Below, piece after piece: positions 32,857-34,529 of a stretch of 34,529 bases of DNA. The translations under genes and the position numbers were made by a program. The number at the start of each line of letters is the position of its first letter. Position 1 is the stretch's first letter. Source of the stretch: Candidatus Woesearchaeota archaeon (GTDB lineage Archaea; Nanobdellota; Nanobdellia; Pacearchaeales; GW2011-AR1); contig CAYIIQ010000002.1 of the NCBI GenBank assembly GCA_964363545.1, positions 1 to 34,529 on the forward strand, read 5' to 3'. Under the pieces are notes generated by a model, which saw only the letters and a list, made by a program, of their open reading frames with translations, was not told the DNA's origin and made no database searches.

Positions 32857-33342
32857 ATGAGCTGGATAAGGAAAAAAAGAAAATACACAAAGCCTCGAAA
32901 ACCATTTGACAAAATAAGAATAGAAGAAGAAAATGAGTTAGTAGAAAAATACGGCTTAAAAAATAAGAAAGAAATATGGAAAGCTGAATCAGCAATTGAG
33001 AGAATAAGAAAACAAGCAAAAAAATTAATTACCGCAGATCAAAAAGAACAAGCTAAATTAACTGAAAGATTAAGAAAAATAGGATTTAAAGTCGAAACAA
33101 TTGCAGATATTCTTTCCCTCAATAAAGAAGATTGGCTAAAAAGAAGGCTTCAAAGCATACTAATACAAAAAGCTCTTGCAAAACCAAAACAAGCCCGCCA
33201 ACTGATAACTCACAAACACGTCTCAATAAGTGGGAAAATAATAAATATTCCTAGTGCAATTATAGGAATTGAAGAAGAAAACTCAATACAAATACTTAAA
33301 AATAACAAAGTAAAAAAAACTGAGATACTAGAAAATGGTTGA
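32857..33342 (+). CDS. rps4: 30S ribosomal protein S4 (uS4)
   Basis: KKRKYTKPRKPFDKIRIEEENELVEKYGLKNKKEIWKA and a C-terminal S4 RNA-binding domain (QARQLITHKHVSISGKIIN). Confidence 0.9.
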   Translation: MSWIRKKRKYTKPRKPFDKIRIEEENELVEKYGLKNKKEIWKAESAIERIRKQAKKLITADQKEQAKLTERLRKIGFKVETIADILSLNKEDWLKRRLQSILIQKALAKPKQARQLITHKHVSISGKIINIPSAIIGIEEENSIQILKNNKVKKTEILENG

Positions 33343-33721
33343 TAAAAAGGAAAGAGAAGCTCTTGCATATATTTTCACTTCATTCAACAATACACTCGTA
33401 CATATAACAGATTTAAGTGGAAAAACAATCTCGCGAGTTTCAGGAGGAATGGTAACTAAACACAGCAGATTAAAAGCAAATCCTACTGTAGCAATGTTTG
33501 TAGCTAAAAGAGCTGCTGAACAAGCAAGAGATGTTGGAATAACTTCGCTGTATGTTAGAGTAAGGGCAAAAACAGGAAATCCAACTCCAGGTCCAGGAGC
33601 TCATGCGGCGATTAAAAGCCTGTCAAAGGAAGGCATGAGAATAATAAGTATAGTTGATACAACAAAAATTCCTAGAGGCGGTCCTAAAAAACAAGGTGGA
33701 AGAAGAGGAAGAAGAGTTTAA
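33335..33721 (+). CDS. rps11: 30S ribosomal protein S11 (uS11)
   Basis: AYIFTSFNNTLVHITDLSGKTISRVSGGM...PGPGAHAAIKSL...DTTKIPRGGPKKQGGRRGRR. Confidence 0.9.
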   Translation: MVDKKEREALAYIFTSFNNTLVHITDLSGKTISRVSGGMVTKHSRLKANPTVAMFVAKRAAEQARDVGITSLYVRVRAKTGNPTPGPGAHAAIKSLSKEGMRIISIVDTTKIPRGGPKKQGGRRGRRV

Positions 33722-33745
33722 AAACTAAAAAAATATGCTATAAAA

Positions 33746-34417
33746 ATGAAACTCTTAAAAAAATCCGATGAAAAAATTATTTTTGTAACAAAAATCGATG
33801 AAACTTTCGCAAACTCAATTAGGCGAGCATCCTTTGAAGTTCCCATTCTTGCAATTGACGAAGTGGAATTTTACAAAAACGATTCTATTTTATATGACGA
33901 GGTTCTTGCTTTAAGACTCGGCTTAATTCCTTTAAAAACTCCTGACGACATGAATTTAAAAGAAGATTGTAGTTGTAAAGGAAAAGGATGTGCAAAATGC
34001 ACAATACAACTAAAATTGCAGAGTGTAGGTGAAAAAACTATTTATGCTTCTGAACTAAAAGGAAAGGTAGAAGTCATTTATCCAAAAATGCCCATAACAA
34101 AATTAGAAGAGGGGCAAGAACTCGAGTTTGTTGCAACAGCGACGCTTGGAAAAGGAATACAACACTCGAAATACGTGCCAGGACTTGTTTATTATAGAAA
34201 CCTTGTTGTATGTAAAAACTGCAAATCTTCTCATGAAATTACAGATGAAAAAGAAGAAGATATAAACGAGTGTGATATTTGTAGTAAAAAAAACGATGAA
34301 CTTTATCAAGGAAAAGAACTCGTAATTTTTATAGAATCTTGGGGTCAAATCAAGGCAAAAGATATTTTTCTCAAGTCGGTAAAAGCTATAAAGGAGAATT
34401 TGAAAGATCTGGAATAA
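33746..34417 (+). CDS. rpoD: DNA-directed RNA polymerase subunit D (Rpo3)
   Basis: FANSIRRASFEVPILAIDEVEFYKNDSILYDEVLALRLGLIPLK dimerisation-domain signature. Two four-Cys groups (CSCKGKGCAKC; CKNC...CDIC). Conserved S13-S4-S11-RpoD order. Confidence 0.9.
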   Translation: MKLLKKSDEKIIFVTKIDETFANSIRRASFEVPILAIDEVEFYKNDSILYDEVLALRLGLIPLKTPDDMNLKEDCSCKGKGCAKCTIQLKLQSVGEKTIYASELKGKVEVIYPKMPITKLEEGQELEFVATATLGKGIQHSKYVPGLVYYRNLVVCKNCKSSHEITDEKEEDINECDICSKKNDELYQGKELVIFIESWGQIKAKDIFLKSVKAIKENLKDLE

Positions 34418-34471
34418 AGTTTTGATACTTAAGTGTATATAAATATGTCCTCACAAATTCCGCAGAAATCA

Positions 34472-34524
34472 AAAAATCCTTGTGTTTCACCACACACTAA
34501 AGTGTGTGGTTTGTTTGGATTTTT
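34472..34524. repeat. Structured repeat, family A, copy 2 (the window ends 5 nt after it)
   Basis: Lower stem AAAAATCC/GGATTTTT, internal loops TTGTGTTTC and TTGTTT, upper stem ACCACACAC/GTGTGTGGT, loop TAAA. Same architecture as 10600..10652. Confidence 0.7.
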
Positions 34525-34529
34525 GGATG

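Noticed and set aside
32322-32912. 196-aa minus-strand ORF antisense to rps13 and the start of rps4.
   Set aside because: It lies entirely antisense to two strongly conserved ribosomal protein genes. Its F/L/S-rich low-complexity sequence is what the reverse complement of Lys/Glu-rich A-rich coding gives. No motif was found.
1-34529. CRISPR arrays, cas genes, transposases/integrases, DGR reverse transcriptase, prophage genes.
   Set aside because: I saw no regularly spaced direct repeats with unique spacers. No ORF has RT, transposase, integrase or Cas motifs. The only repeats found are the short structured A/B elements and two small regulatory-type repeats.

Overview
This is a low-GC archaeal chromosomal segment. 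Its gene content and local gene order are typical of a small-genome, probably DPANN-like archaeon; the lineage is inference only.

The backbone is information-processing genes:
- Replication and repair: RFC small and large subunits, a RecJ/GAN-like DHH nuclease, and an EndoQ-like PHP nuclease.
- Translation: GlyRS, aIF2-alpha, and ribosomal proteins S15, L21e, S13, S4 and S11.
- Transcription and RNA processing: RpoN, RpoF, RpoD, DUF655 and RNase P Rpp21.
- RNA genes: an orphan 5S rRNA and three tRNAs. One of these, tRNA-Glu(CUC), carries a 96-nt intron in a textbook bulge-helix-bulge context.

A second theme is an iron/redox block at about 15-25 kb. It holds thioredoxin reductase, an erythrin-VIT1 (MbfA-like) exporter, an FNR-like flavoprotein, a radical-SAM methylthiotransferase, and an eight-gene suf operon (HTH regulator, DUF59/SufT, SufC, SufB, SufD, Rieske, SufS, SufU).

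I found no CRISPR array, transposase, integrase or recognisable defence island beyond one HEPN/nucleotidyltransferase pair.

The items most worth a second look are:
1. Two families of short structured intergenic repeats. One keeps its helix through two fully compensated base-pair swaps.
2. A Nop10-like 54-codon ORF missing from the track. It sits next to those repeats and runs into the 3' end of the convergent EndoQ gene.
3. A HEPN-NTase-histone-fold operon preceded by two copies of a perfect 15-bp palindrome.
4. Two tandem tyrosine-rich secreted mini-proteins.
5. A PyrE-PyrF (UMP-synthase-like) fusion with a non-standard decarboxylase catalytic motif.
6. A bacterial-type HPF/RaiA-like protein next to rpl21e.
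7. Two gene relics: a homopolymer-frameshifted CGDGxC mini-protein and a 43-codon stub of TYW1/Taw1.
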